Shown: positions 18,133 to 26,041 of the stretch, in pieces
Numbering within the stretch: the stretch's first letter is position 1
Layout: each line of letters opens with the position of its first letter
Assembly: GCA_964643795.1 (NCBI GenBank)
Contig: CAZXUC010000002.1
Location: forward strand, 24,941 to 88,940
DNA: 64,000 nt
From: an uncultured Halobacteriales archaeon
Lineage (GTDB): Archaea > Thermoplasmatota > E2 > JACPAO01 > JAHFTW01
Direction: 5' to 3'
Notes under the pieces: generated by a model
What the model saw: only the letters and a program-made list of their open reading frames with translations
Database searches by the model: none
What the model was told of the DNA's origin: nothing
Position numbers and translations under genes: made by a program

Positions 18133-18270
18133 TTACCCCACCGTTGCCAGCATAGGCTCATCCGCGGGGTCTGTGAAATCCGCGAAATCCCCGGTCAGTC
18201 TAGTCGGCGGCAACGTCCGAGGGCCAACGGTGCGCGCCAACTCTAGGCTCAGTCGAGGAAATTTTCGTCT

Positions 18271-18444
18271 TCACCCGAGCATCGAGAAGCCCAAGGCCAC
18301 CAACGCGGCTGCAATCGCTGCGACCGCGATTACTTGCAACGGCCAGCGGGTTTGAGCGACATCCTTCTTCGGTGAGAAGAGGAGGGAAGCGAGCACCAGG
18401 CTTGCGACGACGGAGAGTGCGAAGAGAAATGCGGTGAAGCTCAT
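18271..18444 (-). CDS. Small 2-TM membrane protein (57 aa), hypothetical
   Basis: MSFTAFLFALSVVASLVLASLLFSPKKDVAQTRWPLQVIAVAAIAAALVALGFSMLG. Only hydrophobicity supports this call. Confidence 0.3.
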   Translation of the reverse strand: MSFTAFLFALSVVASLVLASLLFSPKKDVAQTRWPLQVIAVAAIAAALVALGFSMLG

Positions 18445-18841
18445 GGTGGACCTTTCTTCTCGTAGGTTGGTGGGGGAGAGTTGTTGGCGGGAGGATTGCT
18501 TGTGAGAGTAAGGCCCAGTGAAGTGCCCCGAGAACCCAAGAGGGCCTCCGGGACGGGTGGTTAGTGGTGGTTGCGTGATGCGTTTCCGACAAGGCGGAGA
18601 TTCACTGGGCCGAGCTCGAGTTGCCCCGTGCCCTCGCGTGGCTCCTTGTGCGCCACACTGCACACCCTAATTGGCTGCCCGCCCATATATACCTAACTTC
18701 TTGTGAAGTACGTAATTATTGGAATACTACATATCGCTCGATTCGAGGCCAGGCCCAGCGCTTTGCCCCTAGGGCGCTTTGCTCCACCCTTAGAGAGAAT
18801 GAGCAGAGACCTGAAATAGCAAGCAAGAACAATCTGGTACA

Positions 18842-19090
18842 ATGGATGACATCGCCCTACCCGGCACCGCTCCCGCGTCGGTCCAGGCCATCGTCAGCAA
18901 ACTGCATGGCCACGCACCCATGACAGGAAAGGAGCTGCGCGAGGCCACGGGCCTCCCACGCCGCACGATTTACACCGCCCTGCGCCGCTTGCGTGAAATG
19001 GGCCTCCTCCAAGAGCGCCAGAGTCTGCGCGACACCCGCCAGACATACTTCTGGCTCAACCCGGCCGCTGGAAATTGGGTTCCCCACTAA
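18842..19090 (+). CDS. Small winged-helix transcriptional regulator (82 aa)
   Basis: MTGKELREATGLPRRTIYTALRRLREMGLLQERQSLRDTRQTYFWLN is a classic HTH plus wing (MarR/TrmB-like). It is preceded by an unusually AT-rich stretch at 18675-18740. Confidence 0.7.
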   Translation: MDDIALPGTAPASVQAIVSKLHGHAPMTGKELREATGLPRRTIYTALRRLREMGLLQERQSLRDTRQTYFWLNPAAGNWVPH

Positions 19091-19132
19091 CGAGCGCCTC
19101 CAGCAAGTCCGCCAACGCGCAGGACCTGCCGG

Positions 19133-19137
19133 TTTTT
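19133..19137 (+). terminator. Oligo-T tract downstream of the wHTH gene
   Basis: T5 in gccggtttttcatcc, 43 nt after the stop at 19090. Oligo-T is the usual archaeal termination signal. Confidence 0.3.
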
Positions 19138-19233
19138 CATCCGACCTCGCGTCGCTCAGTTGGCGCAGTGATCTGGCACATCCTCTGAGCCGCCGTAAGG
19201 CGTCGATGAATGGATTGGACTTTGGTGAGCGCC

Positions 19234-19334
19234 GAGGGACTCCGTCCCTCGACCCTGGGGGCGACCTGCGGTCGCCCGATGGGGGGCGCTGCCCCCCATC
19301 CGCTGCCCCCCGCCAGGGGGACTTCGTCCCCCTG
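19234..19334. other. Cluster of four consecutive perfect GC-rich hairpins with 3-nt loops, between convergent genes
   Basis: gagggac-tcc-gtccctc (19234-19250), gggcgacc-tgc-ggtcgccc (19259-19277), ggggggc-gct-gcccccc (19281-19297), cagggggac-ttc-gtccccctg (19314-19334). Confidence 0.7.
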
Positions 19335-19362
19335 GACCCCCTGAACACCCGGTGCTGGCACC

Positions 19363-19572
19363 TTACAGCGACTTGTCCAGGTAACCCGTCGTCCCGCCTT
19401 CGGGCGTGACGCGCGTCGCCACCCAAATGCCGAAGGGCGTAAGTGCGATGAGCAGCGCGCCCCACCACACGCCTTCCGTCACGAACATGAGGCCAATGAT
19501 GCCAATCGTCACCGACGACAGCACGAGCAGGAGCGCGCCGAGCTTGCGGAAGAAGTCGAGCCAGCTTCGCAT
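19363..19572 (-). CDS. Small 2-TM membrane protein (69 aa), hypothetical
   Basis: MRSWLDFFRKLGALLLVLSSVTIGIIGLMFVTEGVWWGALLIALTPFGIWVATRV. The longer ORF N-terminus (MKSQASSS...) is translated repeat-element DNA. Confidence 0.4.
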   Translation of the reverse strand: MRSWLDFFRKLGALLLVLSSVTIGIIGLMFVTEGVWWGALLIALTPFGIWVATRVTPEGGTTGYLDKSL

Positions 19573-19635
19573 GCAAAGGCACGGACTCGATGGGCCAAGA
19601 TGAAGCCACTCCTCGATGGGTTGGCGCGGGGAACT

Positions 19636-19757
19636 GGAGGCTTGGGATTTCACGGATGCCCACAGAATTTGTGCCTCAAGATTCAGCCGTTGAACCCCGA
19701 GGGATTCGCGCCGACGGGTTGAATCTGTGAAGTTCTGTGCAATCCCAGGCCTCCCAC
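19636..19757. repeat. MITE/REP-like inverted-repeat element, locus 3
   Basis: ggaggcttgggatttcacggatgcccacagaa (19636-19667) faces tctgtgaagttctgtgcaatcccaggcctcccac (19724-19757), giving a ~122-bp unit with ~30-bp terminal inverted repeats. Confidence 0.65.
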
Positions 19758-19929
19758 CCTACGGCCGACCGGCCACACCGTGAACGCACGCACGTCCGCG
19801 GCGACACCCACGTCGTCGTCTCCGCCGGCCGGCGCCGACGTCGTCTGCAACCCCGGCCACCACGTCAACTGTCTACACGCGAAGATGGCAGCGAAGCGTG
19901 GGAAGTAGACGCGAAGGACGAGGGCGTGG

Positions 19930-19939
19930 AAAAAAGAAA
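19930..19939 (-). terminator. T-rich tract immediately 3' of tRNA-His
   Basis: The minus strand reads CTTTCTTTTTTC starting 2 nt after the discriminator base. Confidence 0.5.
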
Positions 19940-19941
19940 GG

Positions 19942-20016
19942 GGCCCGGGGAGGGATTTGAACCCTCCACAAGGGAGCCACAATCCCATATGTTAACCAAG
20001 CTACACTACCCGGGCC
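19942..20016 (-). tRNA. tRNA-His (anticodon GUG) with genome-encoded G-1, no encoded CCA
   Basis: Minus strand: G|GCCCGGG|TA|GTGT|AGCTTGGTTA|ACAT|A|TGGGA|TTGTGGC|TCCCT|TGTG|GAGGG|TTCAAAT|CCCTC|CCCGGGC|C. The acceptor stem is a perfect 7 bp, the T-arm is GAGGG/CCCTC, the anticodon loop is TT-GTG-GC, and the extra 5' G lies opposite C73. Confidence 0.88.
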
Positions 20017-20235
20017 AGGCGGATGCATGAGCCTGAATCCGAGCGTGTGTGGTAATCGTCCGTTGACGGACGGCCCGGATTAGGCCCGCGGATGCGAGGG
20101 CACGGAAGGTCGGACTAAGAGGGCCTAGATAAGCGGAACTACCGCTACGGAAATCTCCACGGGGCCCCTGGAATCAGCGCGAAGACGTTTCCTCTCTGGA
20201 AAGACGGACAACGGCCCACGCAAGTTGTTTTTCAC

Positions 20236-20243
20236 TTTATATT
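20236..20243. promoter_or_regulatory. TATA-like box (TTTATATT / AATATAAA) in an ORF-free region
   Basis: This is the only strongly AT-rich octamer in a GC-rich 660-nt intergenic region. It is flanked by a T5 tract on the plus strand (20228-20232) and a T5 tract on the minus strand (20282-20286). The orientation is unresolved. Confidence 0.3.
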
Positions 20244-20445
20244 GGGACCAAGAGAAGTTTCGCCGGCTCTCCTTTTCCGATAAAAACGCTGGAGGTGGAC
20301 CTCGTGCCGGGGAGGAACCACGGCTACACGCCCAAGCTGCCGGCTTGGCCGAGAAGCATAATCATCACGCCGCACCCCCCTTCGTTCCGGGCGCTGCACC
20401 TAACCCCGTCAACCCAAATCGCGGATTTTCCAGTAACACAAAATG

Positions 20446-20520
20446 GCCTTGGTCCGGCCGGTTGTTTGGGTGGTGGTGTGGTACCGGCGGGTCGATTGCG
20501 GCCGGTTGCCGGACCAAGGC
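20446..20520. other. Long perfect stem (13 bp) enclosing a 49-nt G/U-rich loop region; candidate structured RNA element
   Basis: gccttggtccggc (20446-20458) is the exact reverse complement of gccggaccaaggc (20508-20520). Confidence 0.5.
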
Positions 20521-20682
20521 AACGAAGGGGGGCCACAAGGGGCCCAATCGTCATTCACTTGCAGACTGGCGGGGTGTACAACGATTTTGGGCAGTAGGCG
20601 AAAACTAGGGGTTGCATCCGTAGGAGGGCATCCCAAGGACGGCGGCTGAACTTGGCACGGGAACGTCAGATGTTTGGCGTTG

Positions 20683-21957
20683 CTAAGAAGGACCAGCGCT
20701 ATCGAATCCGGCAGAGGATTGGCTCACTTCGGCAGCCTGCATGGAGTCCGCAGCGCGAAGGGTTGCGACAATGTTGCGCAAGTCTTCAGTGGCCTCGAGG
20801 TGCAAGGCTCGGCCACCCGCCTGGGCCACCAGAAGGCCGGCCGCGATGAGCTGCTTGACTTGTGCGTGGACTCGGCTGGCGGGAATGCCGAGGTCCCTGC
20901 AGATGTCGCGCTGGATGCACGCGGGGTTCACGAGCACGTACTCGCCGATGAGGCGCCGCCGGTGGTTTCGAAGGACGGCCACCTTGCTGCTCTCGCTGCC
21001 GTTGCTGGCGAAGAAGAAGCGGCATCGCCCGATGAGTCGACTGACGACGAGCCCGTTGCGCTCGAGGACGTCCAAGTGGTAAGTCGCATTGTTCCGGCTC
21101 ATGCCCAGGCGCTCGGTCAACTCTGGCAACGTGATGCCAGCATGGGACTTGATGACCTCTAGCAAGTCTTGCCTGGGCGGATGCGCCAAGGCCTTGTTGC
21201 GGTTGACGCGAGAGAACAATGCCGTTGCAGGCATTCCCGCCAGGAAGCGTAGGATGCGTCCGAAATTGGCCATCAACAGCGCCAAGACCGCGGTCGCGGC
21301 AAAAGCGGAAGCCATCTGAAATGACTTGGAGGTCGGACTGAACGTTGCCGTGGACGTCGGCTTCCAGTCCCCGTCCCGGTCAATTGCCTGGGGCCCAGGC
21401 GGCGTTGACGGGGGATCCAGAATGAAACCTTGGTGCTCTTCGGTATGGTTCAAGCCTTGGTGCTCTTCCGTAGGGTTGACCACTTCGTCCTCGGTGGCAG
21501 ACTCGGGTGTGGATGCTTTGGCATCGACCGGAGGGGGCATCGCAAGTGAATCAGGTCCAGCCAGCATGGCCTCCACCACGGGCGCCTCGTATTTCACGAA
21601 ACCATTACACACCGACGGCCCAGCGATACCCAGTCCGGTTGCCCTGACATTGGTGGCACCACAGGCATCCACCGGGAGCGTCACTTGCTCCTGCAGTCCC
21701 ATAGCGGGGCTGGCACTGCCCGCACCGATGGGAACTTGCTCGTCCGCCACGGAATCCGGCGCACCTGTGGCATCCATCACGGCGCTGACTTCAGTATCGG
21801 ACGCAACCGAGGTAGGTTCAGACCATACCTCTGCCGCCAAGTCGGCAGCTTCCGGCTCAGCGCCAAGGGGCTGTTCGGCGCTTTCCTGCGCCAAGGCGAC
21901 GGGAACGGATACCACCAAGCCCAGCAGAAGCATGCTGCTGAGGACCAACCACCGCAT
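20683..21957 (-). CDS. Membrane-tethered regulator: signal peptide + extracellular acidic domain + TM + two cytoplasmic winged-helix (ArsR-like) domains
   Basis: ATG 21957 (MRWLVLSSMLLLGLVVSVPVALAQE). TM segment ASAFAATAVLALLMANFG. wHTH 1 is LLEVIKSHAGITLPELTERLGMSRNNATYHLDVLERNGLVV and wHTH 2 is IGEYVLVNPACIQRDICRDLGIPASRVHAQVKQLIAAGLL. It is a paralogue of the 62491.. gene. Confidence 0.7.
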   Translation of the reverse strand: MRWLVLSSMLLLGLVVSVPVALAQESAEQPLGAEPEAADLAAEVWSEPTSVASDTEVSAVMDATGAPDSVADEQVPIGAGSASPAMGLQEQVTLPVDACGATNVRATGLGIAGPSVCNGFVKYEAPVVEAMLAGPDSLAMPPPVDAKASTPESATEDEVVNPTEEHQGLNHTEEHQGFILDPPSTPPGPQAIDRDGDWKPTSTATFSPTSKSFQMASAFAATAVLALLMANFGRILRFLAGMPATALFSRVNRNKALAHPPRQDLLEVIKSHAGITLPELTERLGMSRNNATYHLDVLERNGLVVSRLIGRCRFFFASNGSESSKVAVLRNHRRRLIGEYVLVNPACIQRDICRDLGIPASRVHAQVKQLIAAGLLVAQAGGRALHLEATEDLRNIVATLRAADSMQAAEVSQSSAGFDSAGPS

Positions 21958-22001
21958 AGACGGCCCACAGTCCATGCGGAACTTAAGCCGTGTTGTTACT
22001 T

Positions 22002-22010
22002 GATATAAGC
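22002..22010 (-). promoter_or_regulatory. TATA-like box upstream of the 21957 regulator gene
   Basis: The minus strand reads CTTATATCA about 45-50 nt upstream of ATG 21957, in an otherwise GC-rich spacer. Confidence 0.3.
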
Positions 22011-22150
22011 GCCCTGCGCATTCCTTGGTGTTCAAGCGGAATGTTTCGAGCATCGCCGCGCCCCGGCGTAGGCTTTGGTCCGGTCGCCCACCACGTTATT
22101 GTCTGAGCTGACCGAGCCGGGAATCAATCGCCCGACAATCCATCCTCAAT

Positions 22151-22654
22151 TCACTCCGCTTTGCGGTCCGCCAGCAACCGTCTCAGAAGCCCCGGCAGCA
22201 GGCCCACGAACGCGCCCACCAAGACGACGGCCATCACGCGTACCGCGAGTCCCGCCGGAGCCAGGGTGTCCTGCACGACCACGGATTGCCGGTTGGCAAG
22301 GAGTTGGGGCAGCCACGCCGAAGCAGCGACCGCGCCTGCAGCGACTGCCACGATGAGGGTCTGAAGAGGCACATCTACTCGCGGGGTCCGTTGCGGCGGC
22401 ACGTGGAGTGCTATGATGAAGGCCATCACTCCGCTTGCTGCCGCCGTGAGGGCTGCCGGGGTCGGTGAGGGGCCCGCCGCTGCCAGCAGGCTGACCAGCG
22501 CAGCACCCCAGGCGATGCCGTCGCTCCACGGTCGAAGCCTGCCGGCGCGCGCAATCGCGGCGGCTAGGAAGCTGACGGCGCCTGCTGCAAGGACTGGGGG
22601 GAGGGGCGCGGGGCTGGACCATGCGACAAGGGCAATGGCGAGGGCGTGCAACAA
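22151..22654 (-). CDS. Small polytopic membrane protein, last gene of the giant operon
   Basis: 167 aa, Ala/Leu/Val-rich, with 4-5 predicted helices. The TTG start lies 11 nt after the DUF58 stop. No recognisable motif. Confidence 0.5.
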   Translation of the reverse strand: MLHALAIALVAWSSPAPLPPVLAAGAVSFLAAAIARAGRLRPWSDGIAWGAALVSLLAAAGPSPTPAALTAAASGVMAFIIALHVPPQRTPRVDVPLQTLIVAVAAGAVAASAWLPQLLANRQSVVVQDTLAPAGLAVRVMAVVLVGAFVGLLPGLLRRLLADRKAE

Positions 22655-22665
22655 GAGATTGAAGA

Positions 22666-23907
22666 TCAGACCAGCACCCCCAATTCAGGGGCTGGCACCC
22701 AGGGCGGTTTCTCGTCCTGCCAGTCCAGCACGGCCGCACCGCGGTCGCGGACCTGTTGCAGCCACGCATCGCGTTGCCGGCGCCGCTCCGCGGAATCCGG
22801 GCCATCATACGTGGAGCCCAGTGGCCGCGGACTCACCAGGGTGACCGGGTGCCCCCGTCCGACCATGTCGGCGATGGCCGCGGGAAGCGTGGGGTCACCC
22901 TCGGCGGAGGTGAGGATGATGATGGGGCCGCGGGAGCGCATGTCGCGGCGGGCACGCTCCCAGGCTTCCATGAGGAGATTGGTCCCTTTTGCCGGCAACC
23001 GGGCCAGGACGTTCTCAAGTTGCCTGAGGCGGTCGGGGCCACGGGACGGGACCTCCTGGAAATCCTGCCCATATGCGAGGAACCGCGTAATGTCCCGGTT
23101 GCTGCTCGCTTCCGAGTACAAGGCCAGGATGAGGCGGCATGAACGGTCCAGGGGCGTGCTGCCCGCAGGGCCAACGCCGGACACCACTCGGGCATCCAGC
23201 AACAGCAGAATCTCGCTTTGGGTCTCGCGCTGACGTTGGTTGACGATCAGGCCATCATCGCGCTTGGCGCTGGCTTTCCAGTTGACGTCCCGAATGGTGT
23301 CACCGGACGCATACTGGCGCAGGGTGAAGAAGTCGAAGCCTTGGCCAGGCCGGTTGATCTGGAAGCGGCCTTGCATGGGCTTGAGGACGCGGCTGCGCAG
23401 CCCAACGTTGCCCTCCAAGATGCGAGGGATCACCTCCACCTCTTCGATGTGCAGCAACTGGTCGTCCATGGCCCAGATGCGGGATGGGCTCCAGGAGCGC
23501 ACCTCGACCGGGCCCACGCGTTGGGGGCCCCGGACGGCGGCCCGGAGCTTGAACGCATGCCGTGTGTCCCCTTTTTCAGGTGTCCACACGTTGCTCTCGT
23601 TCTGCGGCAGTGCCAGACCGCGGTCAAGGTGGACCCGGAACTGCTGGCCTCCCCGACCCGCGCGGGCTTCCACGGTGACGCTCGTTTCGGATTCTTCCGG
23701 GACCCGGGACGGGGTTACTTGCAGCCGCGGTTGCGGTGAATCCGCCGCCGCGACGCCGGCATCCAGGATCATCCACAACAGCAGGGCGCCTCCCAAGACG
23801 ACCCAGTACGGGGAATCCAGTAGGGGGCCAAGAAAGATCAACCCCAGCCCTAGGGCAGCGTAACCGGCCGCCTGGGCGGTCCATGTGAGTCGCCACCGCG
23901 TCGCCAT
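22666..23907 (-). CDS. DUF58-family protein (MoxR partner, vWA-like fold) with two N-terminal TM helices
   Basis: ATG 23907 is 1 nt after the MoxR stop. The hallmark is FFTLRQYASGDTIRDVNWKASAKRDDGLIVNQ (the REY..GD..R.I.WKASAR type). The N-terminus is AAGYAALGLGLIFLGPLL...WVVLGGALLLWMIL. Confidence 0.8.
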   Translation of the reverse strand: MATRWRLTWTAQAAGYAALGLGLIFLGPLLDSPYWVVLGGALLLWMILDAGVAAADSPQPRLQVTPSRVPEESETSVTVEARAGRGGQQFRVHLDRGLALPQNESNVWTPEKGDTRHAFKLRAAVRGPQRVGPVEVRSWSPSRIWAMDDQLLHIEEVEVIPRILEGNVGLRSRVLKPMQGRFQINRPGQGFDFFTLRQYASGDTIRDVNWKASAKRDDGLIVNQRQRETQSEILLLLDARVVSGVGPAGSTPLDRSCRLILALYSEASSNRDITRFLAYGQDFQEVPSRGPDRLRQLENVLARLPAKGTNLLMEAWERARRDMRSRGPIIILTSAEGDPTLPAAIADMVGRGHPVTLVSPRPLGSTYDGPDSAERRRQRDAWLQQVRDRGAAVLDWQDEKPPWVPAPELGVLV

Positions 23908-23908
23908 G

Positions 23909-24952
23909 CTACACCGGCGTTGCCGTGCGAGGCACAGGGATCCGGCGGGTGATGTCTTGCAGCACTTCTTGTTGGGTGCGTCCCCGGACGCGGGCGTCCG
24001 TGGCGAGGATGGTGCGGTGCGCCAATACGGGGACCACGAGTTCCCGCACATCGTCGGGGATGACGTAGTTGCGGCCCTGCAACGTCGCCCACGACCGCGC
24101 CATCTTGACAAGCATCAACGACCCGCGGGGGCTGGAGCCGGCCACAAGGTCCGGGTGTTTGCAGGTGGCGTCCACGATGCGCGCGATGTAGTCGACGATG
24201 CCTGCATCCACATGGATCGACTCCACGAACGCCTGCATTTCCAGCAACTGCTGCCGCGTGATCACCGACTTGACATCAAACGAGTCGCGGCCTCGGCCCA
24301 GGCGCCGGTTCATGATCTCCACAGCCTCGTCCTTGGTCGGGTATCCCATGCTGAGTCGCATGGCGAACCGGTCCATCTGCGCTTCTGGCAATGGATACGT
24401 GCCTTCCTGCTCGACGGGGTTCTGCGTCGCCAGGACCATGAAGGGGGGCTCCAAGGCATGGGTGACGCCTTCCACGCTGACCTGTTTTTCTGCCATGGCT
24501 TCCAGCAGGGCGGATTGGGTCTTGGGACTGGCTCGGTTGATTTCGTCGGCCAACAGGAAGTTCGTGAAGAGGGGACCCCGCCGGAAATCGAACTCGTTCG
24601 ATTGGCGGTTGAAGATGTGGCCACCACTGATGTCCGTGGGCAACAGATCGGGTGTGAACTGGATGCGGGTGAACTTGCACCCGGCCGCCTTGGAGTACGT
24701 TGCTGCCAACACCGACTTGGCCAGGCCCGGCATGTCCTCAAAGAGGATGTGGGCCCCTTCCGTGAGGCTGGCGGCCACCAGGTACTCGATGACGTTGCGT
24801 TTGCCGACGATCACTTTGGCCGTCTCGGTGCGCAGGGTCTGAATCGCGTTCCGCATCTGATTTGCGGACATGGAATTGCGGTTCGTGGGTGCTTGGCGGA
24901 CGACCATGGATTGTGCCGGGCGCCCGAGGGCTTGCTTGCTTTCAGTTGTCAT
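23909..24952 (-). CDS. MoxR-family AAA+ ATPase
   Basis: GAHILFEDMPGLAKS (Walker A variant typical of MoxR), FTPDLLPTDISG, LLADEINRASPKTQSALLEAMAEKQVSVEG (Walker B/sensor), VLATQNPVEQEGTYPLPEAQMDRF, and GSSPRGSLML in the lid domain. The start could alternatively be ATG 24871. Confidence 0.92.
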   Translation of the reverse strand: MTTESKQALGRPAQSMVVRQAPTNRNSMSANQMRNAIQTLRTETAKVIVGKRNVIEYLVAASLTEGAHILFEDMPGLAKSVLAATYSKAAGCKFTRIQFTPDLLPTDISGGHIFNRQSNEFDFRRGPLFTNFLLADEINRASPKTQSALLEAMAEKQVSVEGVTHALEPPFMVLATQNPVEQEGTYPLPEAQMDRFAMRLSMGYPTKDEAVEIMNRRLGRGRDSFDVKSVITRQQLLEMQAFVESIHVDAGIVDYIARIVDATCKHPDLVAGSSPRGSLMLVKMARSWATLQGRNYVIPDDVRELVVPVLAHRTILATDARVRGRTQQEVLQDITRRIPVPRTATPV

Positions 24953-25015
24953 GACAAAATCACCTGCTCCTTTCCTGGAGAACCTGAATCAATCGGGACC
25001 CGCCGGGCGTGCACG

Positions 25016-26041
25016 TCATGGAATCCGGCTCCGGTTGCTCGTGGGGTTGTTGTTGCTCTGGGCGATGACGTGGGCTGCTTCGGCCTCGAGTTCCGGGTCC
25101 TCCGCGGGCTTCCACTCGTGGGGGGCCCAACGGGTCGTGCGGGGTGCGGTAGACACCGCCAGAGCTGCTGCAACCAACATGAGGGCGACGGCGGCCAAGT
25201 CATTCGTGGTCAGGCCCCCGAGGGCGCGGTAGAGTGGGACCGCCAGGTGGCCGAGCCCACTGCGTGCCCCCGCCGTTGAATCAAGGTAGATTGTATCCGC
25301 ACCCTGGGCGAGCCCGGCGGCGAACTCCAGGTGCCCTTGGCGTTCGGTGACGACTCCGTTGCGCCACAAGTCGCCGTCGGCGATTACCCATACCGTTCCC
25401 TGCCCAAGCTGCCAGGCCGCCACCACGGGATAGTGGCCTGGCCCTTGGTCAGCGAGGCTCAATTCCTGGTCCCCGTCCAGGTCCAGGAAGACCTCGTGGC
25501 CGGACTTGGCCACCTGTTGGAAAACCGCCTCGGCGACGAGTGCGTCTTCCAGGTCGGGCATGGCACTGGGGGACGGCAGGCAGAGGGCGTGGGCAAGAAG
25601 GAGTTGGACCACGGTCTCGACGCAGTCCCGTTCGGCGCCCGGTGCGAGGAGGACCGGTTGGCCGTGGAACATGGCGCCGAGTCCCGATGCCCAGGAATTG
25701 GCGTGGCCTCCGTCCGTGGCGACCACCACGGTCCCGCCCGCTGCGACGAAGTCCTCCAGGCGCTCGGCCTCGGACACGGCAGCGGCGCGGTGCGTCGGAA
25801 ACAGGAACAAGACATCCCCGGCGCCCGCCGCAGCGGGGATGGAACCAATGGATCCAACGACCACGCGAAGGGCGGCTTGTGACGACAGGCGCTCGACAAG
25901 AAGGGTGTGCCCATCCGGTCCCGGGTCGTCCCAACCGACGCCGGACCCACCGAATCCACCGGGCCCCACAAGGGAGCCGCCCAGCACGGCCACCGATGCC
26001 AACAGGACCACGGCAGCTCCGGTCATGGCGAACCCCTTCAT
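25016..26041 (-). CDS. DUF4350-like membrane-anchored protein
   Basis: N-terminal TM (MTGAAVVLLASVAVLGGSLV), a ~270-aa alpha/beta-looking domain, and a C-terminal TM (LAAVALMLVAAALAV). The position between a DUF4129-like tail and MoxR matches the recurrent DUF4129-DUF4350-MoxR-DUF58 gene order, as I recall it. ATG overlaps the upstream stop (ATGA). Confidence 0.6.
   Translation of the reverse strand: MKGFAMTGAAVVLLASVAVLGGSLVGPGGFGGSGVGWDDPGPDGHTLLVERLSSQAALRVVVGSIGSIPAAAGAGDVLFLFPTHRAAAVSEAERLEDFVAAGGTVVVATDGGHANSWASGLGAMFHGQPVLLAPGAERDCVETVVQLLLAHALCLPSPSAMPDLEDALVAEAVFQQVAKSGHEVFLDLDGDQELSLADQGPGHYPVVAAWQLGQGTVWVIADGDLWRNGVVTERQGHLEFAAGLAQGADTIYLDSTAGARSGLGHLAVPLYRALGGLTTNDLAAVALMLVAAALAVSTAPRTTRWAPHEWKPAEDPELEAEAAHVIAQSNNNPTSNRSRIP

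Noticed and set aside
17937-18203. Possible CRISPR array, given several ~35-nt repeats close together
   Set aside because: The units alternate in orientation, their spacing is irregular (29-56 nt), there are only 2-3 units per locus, and no cas genes are present. An inverted-repeat element explains them better.
17749-20030. Family of short ORFs beginning MQSQAS.../MKSQAS... (17749..17997, 17834..18115, 18056..18355, the N-terminus of 19363..19653, 19737..20030)
   Set aside because: Their similarity comes from translating the repeated GGAGGCYTGGGA element in both orientations. They have no independent coding signal, so they are repeat DNA rather than a gene family.
20225-20608. 127-aa ORF (and overlapping small ORFs) in the tRNA-adjacent region
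   Set aside because: Its Gly/Pro/Trp-rich composition is implausible. It spans the TATA box and the long stem, and it has no ribosome-binding context. I treated the region as non-coding.
20017-20682. Assignment of the structured region to RNase P RNA, SRP (7S) RNA, 5S rRNA or a C/D-box sRNA
   Set aside because: The universal motifs are absent: GAGGAAAGUCC with ACAGAA..GGCUUA, GGAAGG.AGCA in helix 8, the 5S loop sequences, and C/D box pairs. Only partial look-alikes are present, so no class is claimed. It needs a covariance-model scan.
19363-20700. Integrated element or prophage at tRNA-His
   Set aside because: There is no integrase, no duplicated tRNA 3' end and no phage-like genes on either side. 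Only repeat elements and small genes are present.
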